From a virus, in the IMG/VR virus record IMGVR_UViG_3300021560_000036, positions 1 through 37,852 of that record: a stretch of 37,852 nt of DNA; one strand, 5' to 3'. This document shows, piece after piece, positions 24,275-32,006 of this stretch; positions within the stretch are counted from its first letter, which is position 1; every line of letters starts with the position of its first letter. A program made the position numbers and the translations under genes. Under the pieces are notes generated by a model. The model was given only the letters and a program-made list of their open reading frames with translations. It had not been told where the DNA came from and ran no database searches.

Positions 24275-24699
24275 CAGGCACCGGCTTTCTGGGCGATCAT
24301 GCGACGGAGTTCATCGGGGTTGGGAGCGGGGGCGAGGGGCGTGACACCGTTCGGTCCGGGCGGACCGGCGAGCTGAGCACCGGGAGGAGGTCCGGCACCT
24401 GGCGGCAAGCCTCCAGGCGGTCCTCCGGGAAGGGGACCGGCACCGGCACCAGGGGGCGGCGGACCACCGGGGCCACCCGCTGCCGGAGGCAGACCGGCCC
24501 CAGGGGGTGCTGGGGGCTGCCCTCCAGGCCCACCAGGCGGCGACATTCCGCCCCCCGCCCCCTGACGCATCCGCCCGACGATGACCCCCTGGAGCGTGGT
24601 GAGGAAGGGGAGGTCGGCGTCGGGTGCAACCATGGCCTGTGAGATGTCCGAGACGATCTTGCCGAGCGCCTCGGTCATGGTGGAAGGGGGAGCAGCCAT
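24274..24699 (-). CDS. Gly/Pro-rich protein (141 aa)
   Basis: An ordered N-terminus (MTEALGKIVSDISQAMVAPDADLPFLTTLQGVIVGRM) and C-terminus flank a long GPPG-type tract. The stop overlaps the scaffold start. Confidence 0.5.
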   Translation of the reverse strand: MAAPPSTMTEALGKIVSDISQAMVAPDADLPFLTTLQGVIVGRMRQGAGGGMSPPGGPGGQPPAPPGAGLPPAAGGPGGPPPPGAGAGPLPGGPPGGLPPGAGPPPGAQLAGPPGPNGVTPLAPAPNPDELRRMIAQKAGA

Positions 24700-24714
24700 G
24701 GTGAGCGGGGTGGG

Positions 24715-24843
24715 TTACTTGGAGTAAGGGGTGGCGGGCTTGTTGACTTCCTTCGAGGCAGGGTCGTTGCCAAAGCTGCCGGAAGTCTGGCCCTGCTTGA
24801 TGATCGGGGCCTTGGAGCCACGGTTGCCGGTGTTGTTTGCCAT
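24715..24843 (-). CDS. Small protein (42 aa)
   Basis: ATG at 24843 lies 11 nt after AAAGGAG. Translation is MANNTGNRGSKAPIIKQGQTSGSFGNDPASKEVNKPATPYSK. The upstream part of the 85-aa track ORF is G-tract repeat. Confidence 0.4.
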   Translation of the reverse strand: MANNTGNRGSKAPIIKQGQTSGSFGNDPASKEVNKPATPYSK

Positions 24844-24903
24844 CAGTGACGGACTCCTTTGCGTGGGATACGCCTGGAGGGCTTTGGTGGGTGGGAGATC
24901 ATA

Positions 24904-24951
24904 GGGAGTGGGTGGGAGTGGGTTGATGTGGTGGGAGTGGGTGGGAGTGGG
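24904..24951 (+). repeat. Two exact copies of GGGAGTGGGTGGGAGTGGG (24904-24922 and 24933-24951); each is a four-tract G-quadruplex motif
   Basis: Read directly in non-coding DNA. The 16-mer GGGAGTGGGTGGGAGT recurs at 35001-35016. Confidence 0.9.
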
Positions 24952-25096
24952 AGCGGGGACCGGGGGCCGCACGAACGCGCAGTGATCGGAAGGATTGAGA
25001 CCCCCGGCCCATCCGCTCTGTGGACTACTTCCGGCGACCGTGCCGCCCGTGCCGACGAGCCAAGGGGATCACCTCCTCTGCGGTCGAAATCAACGT

Positions 25097-25333
25097 CTAG
25101 AGCTGCCTTCTGTGCTTGTAGGGATCGGGAATGGGGCCGTCATCTGCGAACTCACAGGTGTTGCGGCGGTAATGAAGGATCTTGTAGTCCATGTCGGTGT
25201 CGTCGTCGTCGTTGTCCGAGTAGGTGTTGAGACCGAGACGACCGTGGCCAATGGCGATGACGCCGGGGTCACACTCCTCGAAGTCGTCGCGGAGATCGGG
25301 AGTGGACCGGCCGTCCTCGTAGAAGTTCGGCAT
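25097..25333 (-). CDS. Hypothetical acidic protein (78 aa)
   Basis: Protein-like sequence (MPNFYEDGRSTPDLRDDFEECDPGVIAIGHGRLGLNTY...). Confidence 0.5.
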   Translation of the reverse strand: MPNFYEDGRSTPDLRDDFEECDPGVIAIGHGRLGLNTYSDNDDDDTDMDYKILHYRRNTCEFADDGPIPDPYKHRRQL

Positions 25334-25418
25334 TACGCGGAAGGTACGGGGACGGGGATGGAAAAGTCAATGGGGATGTTTGTACAAGGGGGTAGGATGG
25401 TGGGGATAGTTATCTTGG

Positions 25419-25592
25419 TCATCGTCTCCCTCCACGGACTCGATTCAGGCGTGGGTTGCGCTTGCGGGCCGATTTGCCAGCACGACGGGTAGAGGCAGCG
25501 AGCATGGCACCGGCTTGATCCTTACTGACCCCTTCACGCTTCGCGATGTCAGACTGAACGGCCTTGAAACCGGGATGGGACTTGCGAGCCAT
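25419..25592 (-). CDS. Small highly basic protein (57 aa); not in the ORF track because it is under 60 aa
   Basis: My own translation is MARKSHPGFKAVQSDIAKREGVSKDQAGAMLAASTRRAGKSARKRNPRLNRVRGGRR. The ATG overlaps the portal stop (TAATG). Confidence 0.5.
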   Translation of the reverse strand: MARKSHPGFKAVQSDIAKREGVSKDQAGAMLAASTRRAGKSARKRNPRLNRVRGGRR

Positions 25593-27451
25593 TAGGTGTT
25601 CCTTCCTGCCGAGACACGTTTGCCCGGACCGCGTTGGGATTGTTGATGGGCGAGGGCTTGCTGCTGCTCTTTTTGTTCCATGCGCTGGTTAATGAGCTGT
25701 GCGCCGGGATAGTTATGCGTCTGGAGGACGGCGAGACGGTCGATTGCGCCCATCGCGAAGAGGGTGTCGGCCTCGGCGATGCGTGATTGGCGGGAGGTGG
25801 GGTTGTTCGCGCCCGCGTCGATGAAGATGGAGAAGCGGAAGGGGAGCGAACCCTCGTCGGAGGTGCCGTAGAAGTGGCGCGCAGAGAGCTGGAGGGAGGC
25901 CTGTTCGCCCTCAGGACCGACAATGGCGACGACGCGGGGGGTCGTGTAGTTCTCGGTGATGAGTTCGGCGATGAGTTCACCTGCGGTGCGGAGGCAGTCT
26001 TCGAGATTTCGCATGGCCTGGCGAACGCGGACGAAGCCGGACTCCTGGGAGGCGGCGACCGAAGCGGACGGGGTGCGGGCCGGAGGGGGTTGGCCCTTGG
26101 TGACCGAGGAGAGGCCGGAGATGTTCTCCATGCGCTGGATCCAGAACTGGATCAAGTCGCCGATGAACTGCGGCATGTTGGGAGGATTGAGCCAAGATGG
26201 TTGGTTGGGGGAGGCGTTTGGGCCACCCTTAAGGCGGAGACGCTGCCCGGGCCGGTTGATGATGGCGGTACGGGAGATGCCGGAGTCATCCGGCTCCATG
26301 AAGATCGGGTTGCCGATAAGTTCGGCGTTGGACTGCATCGCACCGAGCAGGCGGTTGATGGCGATCTGGGCGGGTGCGAGGTGGGAAACGAGGGAGACGC
26401 CCCAGAACTCACCGACGTCATCGAAGCAGTAGCGGGTGTAGGGGTGACGTCCCGTGCCCCAGAGGTCCTTGGCGTGCTCGTCCATGAGGATGACACCGGA
26501 GCAGACGACGACGACCCGCCATTCGTCGTAGACGACGGGGTCGGGATAGGCGTAGTTGGGGTTGGGGGGTTCCTTGACGGGGGACTCGTCTAGGGGTTCG
26601 ACTCGGTTTTCTCGGATCCAGAATTCGTGGACGATGACGCCGTCTGAGACTGCCGCGCGAGTGCGGCGGCCCTGACCAGGGCGGCCAAAAGTTCCAGGCG
26701 CTGATGCTCCGAAATTGGACTTTGGATAGGAACCGGACTGGGGGAGCTGTCCTGGGTTGGTCTTGGGGTATTGGTCCGCGTCGTAGAGCGACGGTGGCGA
26801 GTCGAAGTCCGTGCCGGGGCCTTGGGCGAGGGAAGCTTCATTAGCAATGATCTCATCATACGCCAGGGGGAAACGGCGTTGGACTTCTTCGAAGGAGAGT
26901 CGTTGGACTTCGACAAAGTACTGCGCGTCTTTCATGGATGAGGAGTTGGGATCGGGATAGAAAGACCAGGGGGAGATGCGGCGAAAGACGGCGTCTCCGA
27001 GACCGTCATGGAGGCCTGAGTCCCAGACGGTCTTGAGGATGCCGCAGCCGTAGAGGGCGGCATCCCAGCAGGAGAGGTAGATCTCGTCATCGAGGTTGTT
27101 GTTCAGCCAGTTGGACTGGAGAATGTTTTCGAGGTCGTTGGAGAGTTTGTTGAGCCAGTCTGCGTAGAGGGTGTGGGGATCGGCTGCGGCGGAGCAGGAG
27201 AAGATGACGGCTTGGTCGGTCATCCAGGCGATGAGAGAGGAGATGATGGGGAAGATTTCCGAGGAGGTGGGGGACGGCATCCAGTTGGCGGTGCGGGCCT
27301 CCGACCACATCTTGTTGTTGACAAGAAGGTAGTTACGCCGCCACTCCTCATAGTGGCGGGTCTTCCGCATGCGGGCGTTGGAATAGAGGGTTTCGAGCTT
27401 GGAGACAAGTTCGAGATCGGAGAGTGAGGCGGTCTCGACGGTGGTTGCCAT
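25592..27451 (-). CDS. Portal protein (619 aa)
   Basis: The size, the position just after the terminase genes and the N-terminal pattern (LETLYSNARMRKTRHYEEWRRNYLLVNNKMW) are typical of portal proteins. Confidence 0.8.
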   Translation of the reverse strand: MATTVETASLSDLELVSKLETLYSNARMRKTRHYEEWRRNYLLVNNKMWSEARTANWMPSPTSSEIFPIISSLIAWMTDQAVIFSCSAAADPHTLYADWLNKLSNDLENILQSNWLNNNLDDEIYLSCWDAALYGCGILKTVWDSGLHDGLGDAVFRRISPWSFYPDPNSSSMKDAQYFVEVQRLSFEEVQRRFPLAYDEIIANEASLAQGPGTDFDSPPSLYDADQYPKTNPGQLPQSGSYPKSNFGASAPGTFGRPGQGRRTRAAVSDGVIVHEFWIRENRVEPLDESPVKEPPNPNYAYPDPVVYDEWRVVVVCSGVILMDEHAKDLWGTGRHPYTRYCFDDVGEFWGVSLVSHLAPAQIAINRLLGAMQSNAELIGNPIFMEPDDSGISRTAIINRPGQRLRLKGGPNASPNQPSWLNPPNMPQFIGDLIQFWIQRMENISGLSSVTKGQPPPARTPSASVAASQESGFVRVRQAMRNLEDCLRTAGELIAELITENYTTPRVVAIVGPEGEQASLQLSARHFYGTSDEGSLPFRFSIFIDAGANNPTSRQSRIAEADTLFAMGAIDRLAVLQTHNYPGAQLINQRMEQKEQQQALAHQQSQRGPGKRVSAGRNT

Positions 27452-27456
27452 CGGGG

Positions 27457-27846
27457 TTAGATGCCCCCGGTCTCCGAGGCGTGAACCTCACGGAGTTGGT
27501 CGTAGGTAGGGGAGTCGTGGTGCTGGCGGTGGTAGTCGTCCATGGACTCATCGGTTGCACCGAAGGCATCACGGTCGGCGATGTCGATGGGGACGTAGTT
27601 GTGGGGGATACCGGTACGTTCGGTGGCGGAGTCGGAAGCGGCTTTCAGGCCTTCAAGGAAGTCCTGGCGTGAGGAGACGTGGCGACCGAGGGAGACGTTG
27701 AAGTGGGGGGTGAAGGGGGCTGGCTTGTAGAAGGTGTAGCGGCGATGGAGGGAGATGGTACAGAGGGTGCAGGTTGGAGGAGTCGAGTTGTCGGTGGTGG
27801 TGGTGAGGGCATGGCACTTGGGACAACGCCACTCGTAAAGGGGCAT
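27457..27846 (-). CDS. FmdB-type zinc-ribbon protein (129 aa)
   Basis: The N-terminus MPLYEWRCPKCH...CTLC matches the MPxYEYxCxxC...CPxC zinc-ribbon family signature. Confidence 0.6.
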   Translation of the reverse strand: MPLYEWRCPKCHALTTTTDNSTPPTCTLCTISLHRRYTFYKPAPFTPHFNVSLGRHVSSRQDFLEGLKAASDSATERTGIPHNYVPIDIADRDAFGATDESMDDYHRQHHDSPTYDQLREVHASETGGI

Positions 27847-27879
27847 ACCGGGTGAGTATGGCGGGAGGGGGGAGTGGTG

Positions 27880-29568
27880 TCAAGCGAATTGGGATGGGAA
27901 TGGGGAGGGGGACGGGGATGGGTAGGGGGATTGGGGCCAAGCGTCGTAGGGAGGGGTACCGCCGATGTCGGTGCCGGGGAATGGACGATCCTCCATCATC
28001 TGTACAGGGCCTTCGGTAAGAGTGCAGATGACCGAGATGGTGAGTCCCATTACGGCGTCGTCGTACTTCCACTGTCCCCGTGCATTACCCATTTCACCGT
28101 TCGCGAGCACGACGTAGTTCCGCATCTGGTGATAGGTCTCGGTGTCGTGGATGATGAGAGAGTTGTCGTAGAGGAGACGGACGACGTTGCCAATAGCCCA
28201 GTGCTTGCGTTGGTAGTTGGTCGACCAGCCGTAGATGTTCATGGCGATGGCTGAGGTCCCACCACGGTCGGCACGCCGGAACTTCCAGAGCTTCGGGTAG
28301 TTCATCTTGATGAGAGCGGCGATGGTGGCGTAACCGGGTCCTTCCATCTCGGGGGCAAGTTCGGCGATGTTGTAGTAGTAGCCGATCTTGGCCATCTCGT
28401 CGGCAAAGGTGACGGGGTCAATCTTTCCGTGCCAGACGGCGACCTGTTCGAAGGTGTTGCGGTTGAGGACTTGAATGCAGGCGTTGTCGCCGAGGGTGGT
28501 ACGGGAGGGGTCACCGGCAACCATGTAGGTGCCGTATTGGCGGTCGGAGGATGGGTAGCGGAAGACGGTGAGATGGCCAAGGGGGTCTTCGTAGAACTGG
28601 AAGCGACCGTTGATCTCTAGGACTTCCCCCTTGATACCATCCATCGGCCGATAGGCTTTCTCAAGCTTGTCGAGGGGGAAGACGTTGCGTCCAGTAGTAA
28701 GGAAAGCCTCCTCAGCAGTCGCAGGGTACTCCTGACAGAAATACGCTTCGTCACCATGACAGAGAGATGGTATGGCATAACGTCGCCATTCGATGTGCTC
28801 CAGATCGGCCCCAAGCCGGACAAGGCGTCGTTCAGCTTGGTCAAGGTCAGGCCGCTTAGCATTAATGGTGGTGAGTGGAAGCGCATATTCGTAGTGATGA
28901 AGCCAAGAAAAGAACAGCGGAACGTAATCGTTAATACCGGCGACAGCATCTTCCCACGCGCCATGGAACCAATTTCCCACGCCATTAGCCGTTGATTCAA
29001 GGATGACAATGGTGCCTCGTTTGTTGGGGATGGTCTGTCGGAGACCGGTCATGAGGGTTTCGGGGTCGTCCCAGAAGGCGCACTCGGTAGCGTGGAGGGC
29101 TTGGAGGGTGCGGCCACGGCCGGATTTGACGTTCTTGGCGGTGGCGATACGGACGGACGATCCATGTTCCCATTGCATCCGGCGCTGGGTGGTGGAGCGA
29201 AGACGGTAGAAGTCCTTGTACGGCCAGTTCTCCCAGAACATGACGTTCTTCTCGAAGGCGGACTGGGAGGTGTCGGTCTCGTGGGCGATGACGAGGGCAT
29301 TGGTACCGGGGAAGACGAACCCCCAGTTGAACAGGACCGCCTCGGTGATAGTGGTGATGCCGAGTTGTCGGGCCTTTAAGACGGCGATTCGGACGGGTTG
29401 CTGGAGGATGTTGTGTTGCCGCTCGACCTCTTTGATGAGGATGCGTTGTGCCCAGGCGAAGTCGTAGTCCCGGCCGTAGGGGTTGGAGAGATTGATGTTC
29501 TCGATGGTGGCATCTTTAGAGCTGATGACGAGCTTTTCAATAAGGGGTGTGAGAGAGAGGCGGCGCAT
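27880..29568 (-). CDS. terL: Terminase large subunit (562 aa)
   Basis: Deviant Walker A VLKARQLGITT (compare T4 gp17 SRQLGKT). A Walker B-like LVIAHE and a nuclease-half pattern ILESTANG are present. It lies upstream of the portal gene. Confidence 0.85.
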   Translation of the reverse strand: MRRLSLTPLIEKLVISSKDATIENINLSNPYGRDYDFAWAQRILIKEVERQHNILQQPVRIAVLKARQLGITTITEAVLFNWGFVFPGTNALVIAHETDTSQSAFEKNVMFWENWPYKDFYRLRSTTQRRMQWEHGSSVRIATAKNVKSGRGRTLQALHATECAFWDDPETLMTGLRQTIPNKRGTIVILESTANGVGNWFHGAWEDAVAGINDYVPLFFSWLHHYEYALPLTTINAKRPDLDQAERRLVRLGADLEHIEWRRYAIPSLCHGDEAYFCQEYPATAEEAFLTTGRNVFPLDKLEKAYRPMDGIKGEVLEINGRFQFYEDPLGHLTVFRYPSSDRQYGTYMVAGDPSRTTLGDNACIQVLNRNTFEQVAVWHGKIDPVTFADEMAKIGYYYNIAELAPEMEGPGYATIAALIKMNYPKLWKFRRADRGGTSAIAMNIYGWSTNYQRKHWAIGNVVRLLYDNSLIIHDTETYHQMRNYVVLANGEMGNARGQWKYDDAVMGLTISVICTLTEGPVQMMEDRPFPGTDIGGTPPYDAWPQSPYPSPSPSPFPSQFA

Positions 29569-29968
29569 CGGGGGTGTCCTCGGTGATGAGCTGGATGGGG
29601 GAGTCGGGGGTGGAGTCGTCGCCCTGGGTGTCGGAGAGTTCGATCAGTTCCCGGAACTCCGAGGTGAGTTCCTGCATCTCCTTCGGGGACTTGGAGCCGA
29701 GAAGGCCGCGCATGATCGAGATCATCATGCGGATGAGCTGCATCTTGGCGGCTGGGGTTCCGGTCTCCAGCATCTCGATACCCTTCTCATAGGCCCGCCA
29801 GGCGAGGCGGTTGAGGGCACCGACCGCGTCGTTCTGGTCGATGTCGACGTGGAGGGTGTTGCGAAGGGCGTAGAGGTCTTCGATCTCGACGTCGAGCACG
29901 TCCGCGACCGTGGGGACGTCGATGCCCCGGACGAGCATCCGGGCGGCGATGTCACTGAGGGTTGCCAT
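29537..29968 (-). CDS. Putative terminase small subunit (143 aa)
   Basis: Internal ATG at 29968. The N-terminus is HTH-like (LSDIAARMLVRGIDVPTVADVLDV). It lies immediately upstream of the large subunit and overlaps it. Confidence 0.5.
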   Translation of the reverse strand: MATLSDIAARMLVRGIDVPTVADVLDVEIEDLYALRNTLHVDIDQNDAVGALNRLAWRAYEKGIEMLETGTPAAKMQLIRMMISIMRGLLGSKSPKEMQELTSEFRELIELSDTQGDDSTPDSPIQLITEDTPDAPPLSHTPY

Positions 29969-30164
29969 GGAGGGAGGGTGGGGGTTGGGAAGGGGATTGG
30001 GAAGGGGATTGGGATGGGGATTGGGGTTGGCCGTCGTAGGCCCGGCGCTCGACCGAGAAGGTGAGGTCGACGCCATAGGCATCAGCGAGGGCAATAGCCG
30101 GGGTGCGGTCCTCGTAGGGGATGATGAAGGAGGCCTGAAGATCCCCGTTCGGTAAGAACTTCAT
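29952..30164 (-). CDS. Small protein (70 aa) or the C-terminal domain of the long frame-A ORF
   Basis: MKFLPNGDLQASFIIPYEDRTPAIALADAYGVDLTFSVERRAYDG is followed by a PQSPSQSPSQ tail encoded by the G-tract repeat at 29969-30030. Confidence 0.4.
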   Translation of the reverse strand: MKFLPNGDLQASFIIPYEDRTPAIALADAYGVDLTFSVERRAYDGQPQSPSQSPSQSPSQPPPSLHGNPQ

Positions 30165-30238
30165 GTCCCGGAGGTGGGCGTGGAAGGAGGTTGAGGCGAA
30201 GTGACCCTGCTTTCGGACCGGGGCGGAGTTGATCCGGC

Positions 30239-30646
30239 CTAACCCTCTTGTTGGTTCGGCAAGGTCGACTCGTGGTCCGAGAAGCCGGAGGGATTCGATT
30301 CCCTTTCGTCTAATGCGTGGAGCTGGCGGGTTCGCTCGCTGTCCTCGTACTCCTCGGTCGTTGTCGCCAGGCGGGTCTGGTAGAAGAGGATCCGGCGATC
30401 CAGCTCCTCCTGCTCGCGTCGGAGGGTCTCCTCCATGGCGAGCGGCATCATCGTCGGGTCCTGCCAGGCCGGGGAGATTGGGGAGGTTGGGGAGCCGGTG
30501 CGGGCGTCTGCGGGGCTTCCCGGCTGCGGGAAGGCCCGAGAGCTTGCGCGGGGGTCTGACGGGTCCAGGGCCTCCAGGTCCTCCGGGTACTCCAGTCTGA
30601 GGCTGCGGAGCACCAACTTCTCCAGAAACTCCGTCCGCACGATCAC
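30239..30646 (-). CDS. Coiled-coil protein (about 135 aa) in the +1 frame relative to the leader ORF
   Basis: GTG at 30646 follows GGAGGGGGG. The sequence is protein-like (VIVRTEFLEKLVLRSLRLEYPEDLEAL...MEETLRREQEELDRRILFYQTRLATTTEEYEDSERTRQLHALDE). Confidence 0.4.
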   Translation of the reverse strand: MIVRTEFLEKLVLRSLRLEYPEDLEALDPSDPRASSRAFPQPGSPADARTGSPTSPISPAWQDPTMMPLAMEETLRREQEELDRRILFYQTRLATTTEEYEDSERTRQLHALDERESNPSGFSDHESTLPNQQEG

Positions 30647-30647
30647 G

Positions 30648-30842
30648 CCCCCCTCCGATTCCCCCAATCCCCCGCTCGATCTCGGCCAACTGCCGCTCGA
30701 TTTCACGCTCCTCCCACTCGCTCGCCCATCCTGCCTCCCCATTCTCCATCTCACCGCTATCCACGTCCCCATCCCAGCCACTACCACTGCCACCACCACT
30801 GCCAATATCACTACCACTATCCATGTCGAAGTCGGCATCCAT
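30648..30842 (-). CDS. Acidic leader ORF segment (first 65 codons). The same frame stays open down to 29952
   Basis: ATG at 30842 lies 4 nt after GGAGG. Translation begins MDADFDMDSGSDIGSGGGSGSGWDGDVDSGEMENGEAGWASEWEEREIERQLAEIERG. Downstream this frame turns into Pro/Gly/Arg low-complexity sequence. Confidence 0.4.
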
Positions 30843-30920
30843 CTTCCCTCCGTACAAATTGCACGGTCGATTCGGTCACTTGCCGTTTATTTGCCGCTCA
30901 TTTCAAACATTTCGCCCCGC

Positions 30921-30950
30921 ATTCTGACCATCTTCCCACCCCCCTGTCAA
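30921..30950 (-). promoter_or_regulatory. Candidate sigma70-type promoter for the late operon
   Basis: On the minus strand: TTGACA (30950-30945), an 18-nt spacer, then CAGAAT (30926-30921). This is about 70-80 nt upstream of the first late ORF. Confidence 0.3.
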
Positions 30951-31060
30951 TCTCTCTCTCTCCCCTCCAGGACCCCAAAATCCACTGTCCGTTGAGGCCC
31001 GCTCTATCGCTGGGGGGGAGGCAGGGCGTGGGGCTTTGGGATTGTTGTGTGTGCAAACAG

Positions 31061-31109
31061 TGCGTGTACAGGCAAGGGGGAGAGCGCGGGAAGGTTGCTT
31101 GTACAAGGG
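31061..31109. promoter_or_regulatory. Two copies of a TGYNTGTACA(N0-3)AGGG motif in the divergent control region
   Basis: tgcgTGTACAggcAAGGGggagag at 31061 and tgctTGTACAAGGGagag at 31096. Related copies occur at 10757-10770 and 25375-25390. Confidence 0.4.
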
Positions 31110-31168
31110 AGAGTCCCCCGGAGGGTGCATGGTCATGCAAGGGGATGGGTGAATATACCTAATAGTTT

Positions 31169-31206
31169 GTTCATCTATCGTTCACTTGAATGTTACCTGC
31201 TGTTCA
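31169..31206. promoter_or_regulatory. Phased GTTCA repeats in the AT-rich stretch upstream of the first early gene
   Basis: GTTCA occurs at 31169, 31180 and 31202 (spacings of 11 and 22 bp). The inverted TGAAC occurs twice at 31281 and 31290. Confidence 0.4.
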
Positions 31207-31276
31207 TGTTCCCGTGAGACAATCACAGGTGATCCGCACGGGTGGCGGGAACAGGCGAACCGGGGAAGGAGGTGAC

Positions 31277-31843
31277 ATGGTGAACATGGTGAACGTGGAG
31301 CGCGGCGAACAGGGTGCGTGGCACGCGGTGACCGGGGGGGACTTCGGTGACCGCGTGGCGCGCATCGTGCGCGTCGCGACAACGGAAGGAACGGACATGA
31401 GTGAATCAACAGCAGTAGCGGACGTGGTCGAGCTTCACGCGGACGAGCTATCAGAGACGGTAGCGAGTCTGGAGAGCATGCTTGCCGCGAAGCTCGCGGC
31501 CGGTGGGGCCGATGCGTCCAAGCTCTCGACGGGTGGGATGAGCGTCAAACTGATGCGAGCCCAAGCCGCGATCCGGAGCACTTGCGAGATCCTCGCCGAT
31601 GGGTTTGGGGAGTACGTGAGGACACTTCCCGCCCTCCCGGAGGATTTCAAGCTGGCGTTCGGGCCGATCACGGTCCCCGAGCCCTTGGACTTCTCCTCAA
31701 AGCGGGGGAGCGACAAAGACCAGCTCGAAACGTGGCTGAGCAAAGTGATCCCGCTCGGCCACGAGGACTACCGGTGGACGGTCAATCACCTGGGGCGCAA
31801 TGACCAGCTTCAGGCGAGCATCACGCGCAAGCGCGGACACTGA
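31277..31843 (+). CDS. Hypothetical early protein (188 aa)
   Basis: ATG directly follows GGAAGGAGGTGAC. A 9-bp duplication ATGGTGAAC x2 sits at the start. An alternative start is at 31397. Confidence 0.55.
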   Translation: MVNMVNVERGEQGAWHAVTGGDFGDRVARIVRVATTEGTDMSESTAVADVVELHADELSETVASLESMLAAKLAAGGADASKLSTGGMSVKLMRAQAAIRSTCEILADGFGEYVRTLPALPEDFKLAFGPITVPEPLDFSSKRGSDKDQLETWLSKVIPLGHEDYRWTVNHLGRNDQLQASITRKRGH

Positions 31844-31862
31844 GAGGGCTGGAAGTGCCATC

Positions 31863-31911
31863 GGCCCGGCTCCGGGGAGTGATCCCCGGAGCCGGGCCTC
31901 TTGGCATTTTT
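31863..31911 (+). terminator. Rho-independent terminator
   Basis: Perfect 15-bp stem GGCCCGGCTCCGGGG / CCCCGGAGCCGGGCC with a 6-nt loop, followed by TCTTGGCATTTTT. Confidence 0.8.
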
Positions 31912-32006
31912 GGACGGGTGGAAGGGATGGGGAAAGCAGGATCAAGTAAGCGCCGGAGTCGGTGAGTCGGTGAGTTGTGGAACGGGAGAACGGAAGGAGT
32001 TGGGGA

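Noticed and set aside
27880-29568. Terminase large subunit lacking the canonical Walker A GKT lysine (RQLGITT), which might indicate an inactive protein
   Set aside because: Deviant Walker A motifs with the basic residue shifted upstream (here K-A-R-Q) are a known feature of terminase ATPases. I do not treat this as an anomaly.
30898-31140. Minus-strand ORFs of 77-80 aa in the divergent control region
   Set aside because: They sit upstream of the late-operon RBS, are low-complexity, and overlap the promoter and repeat elements.
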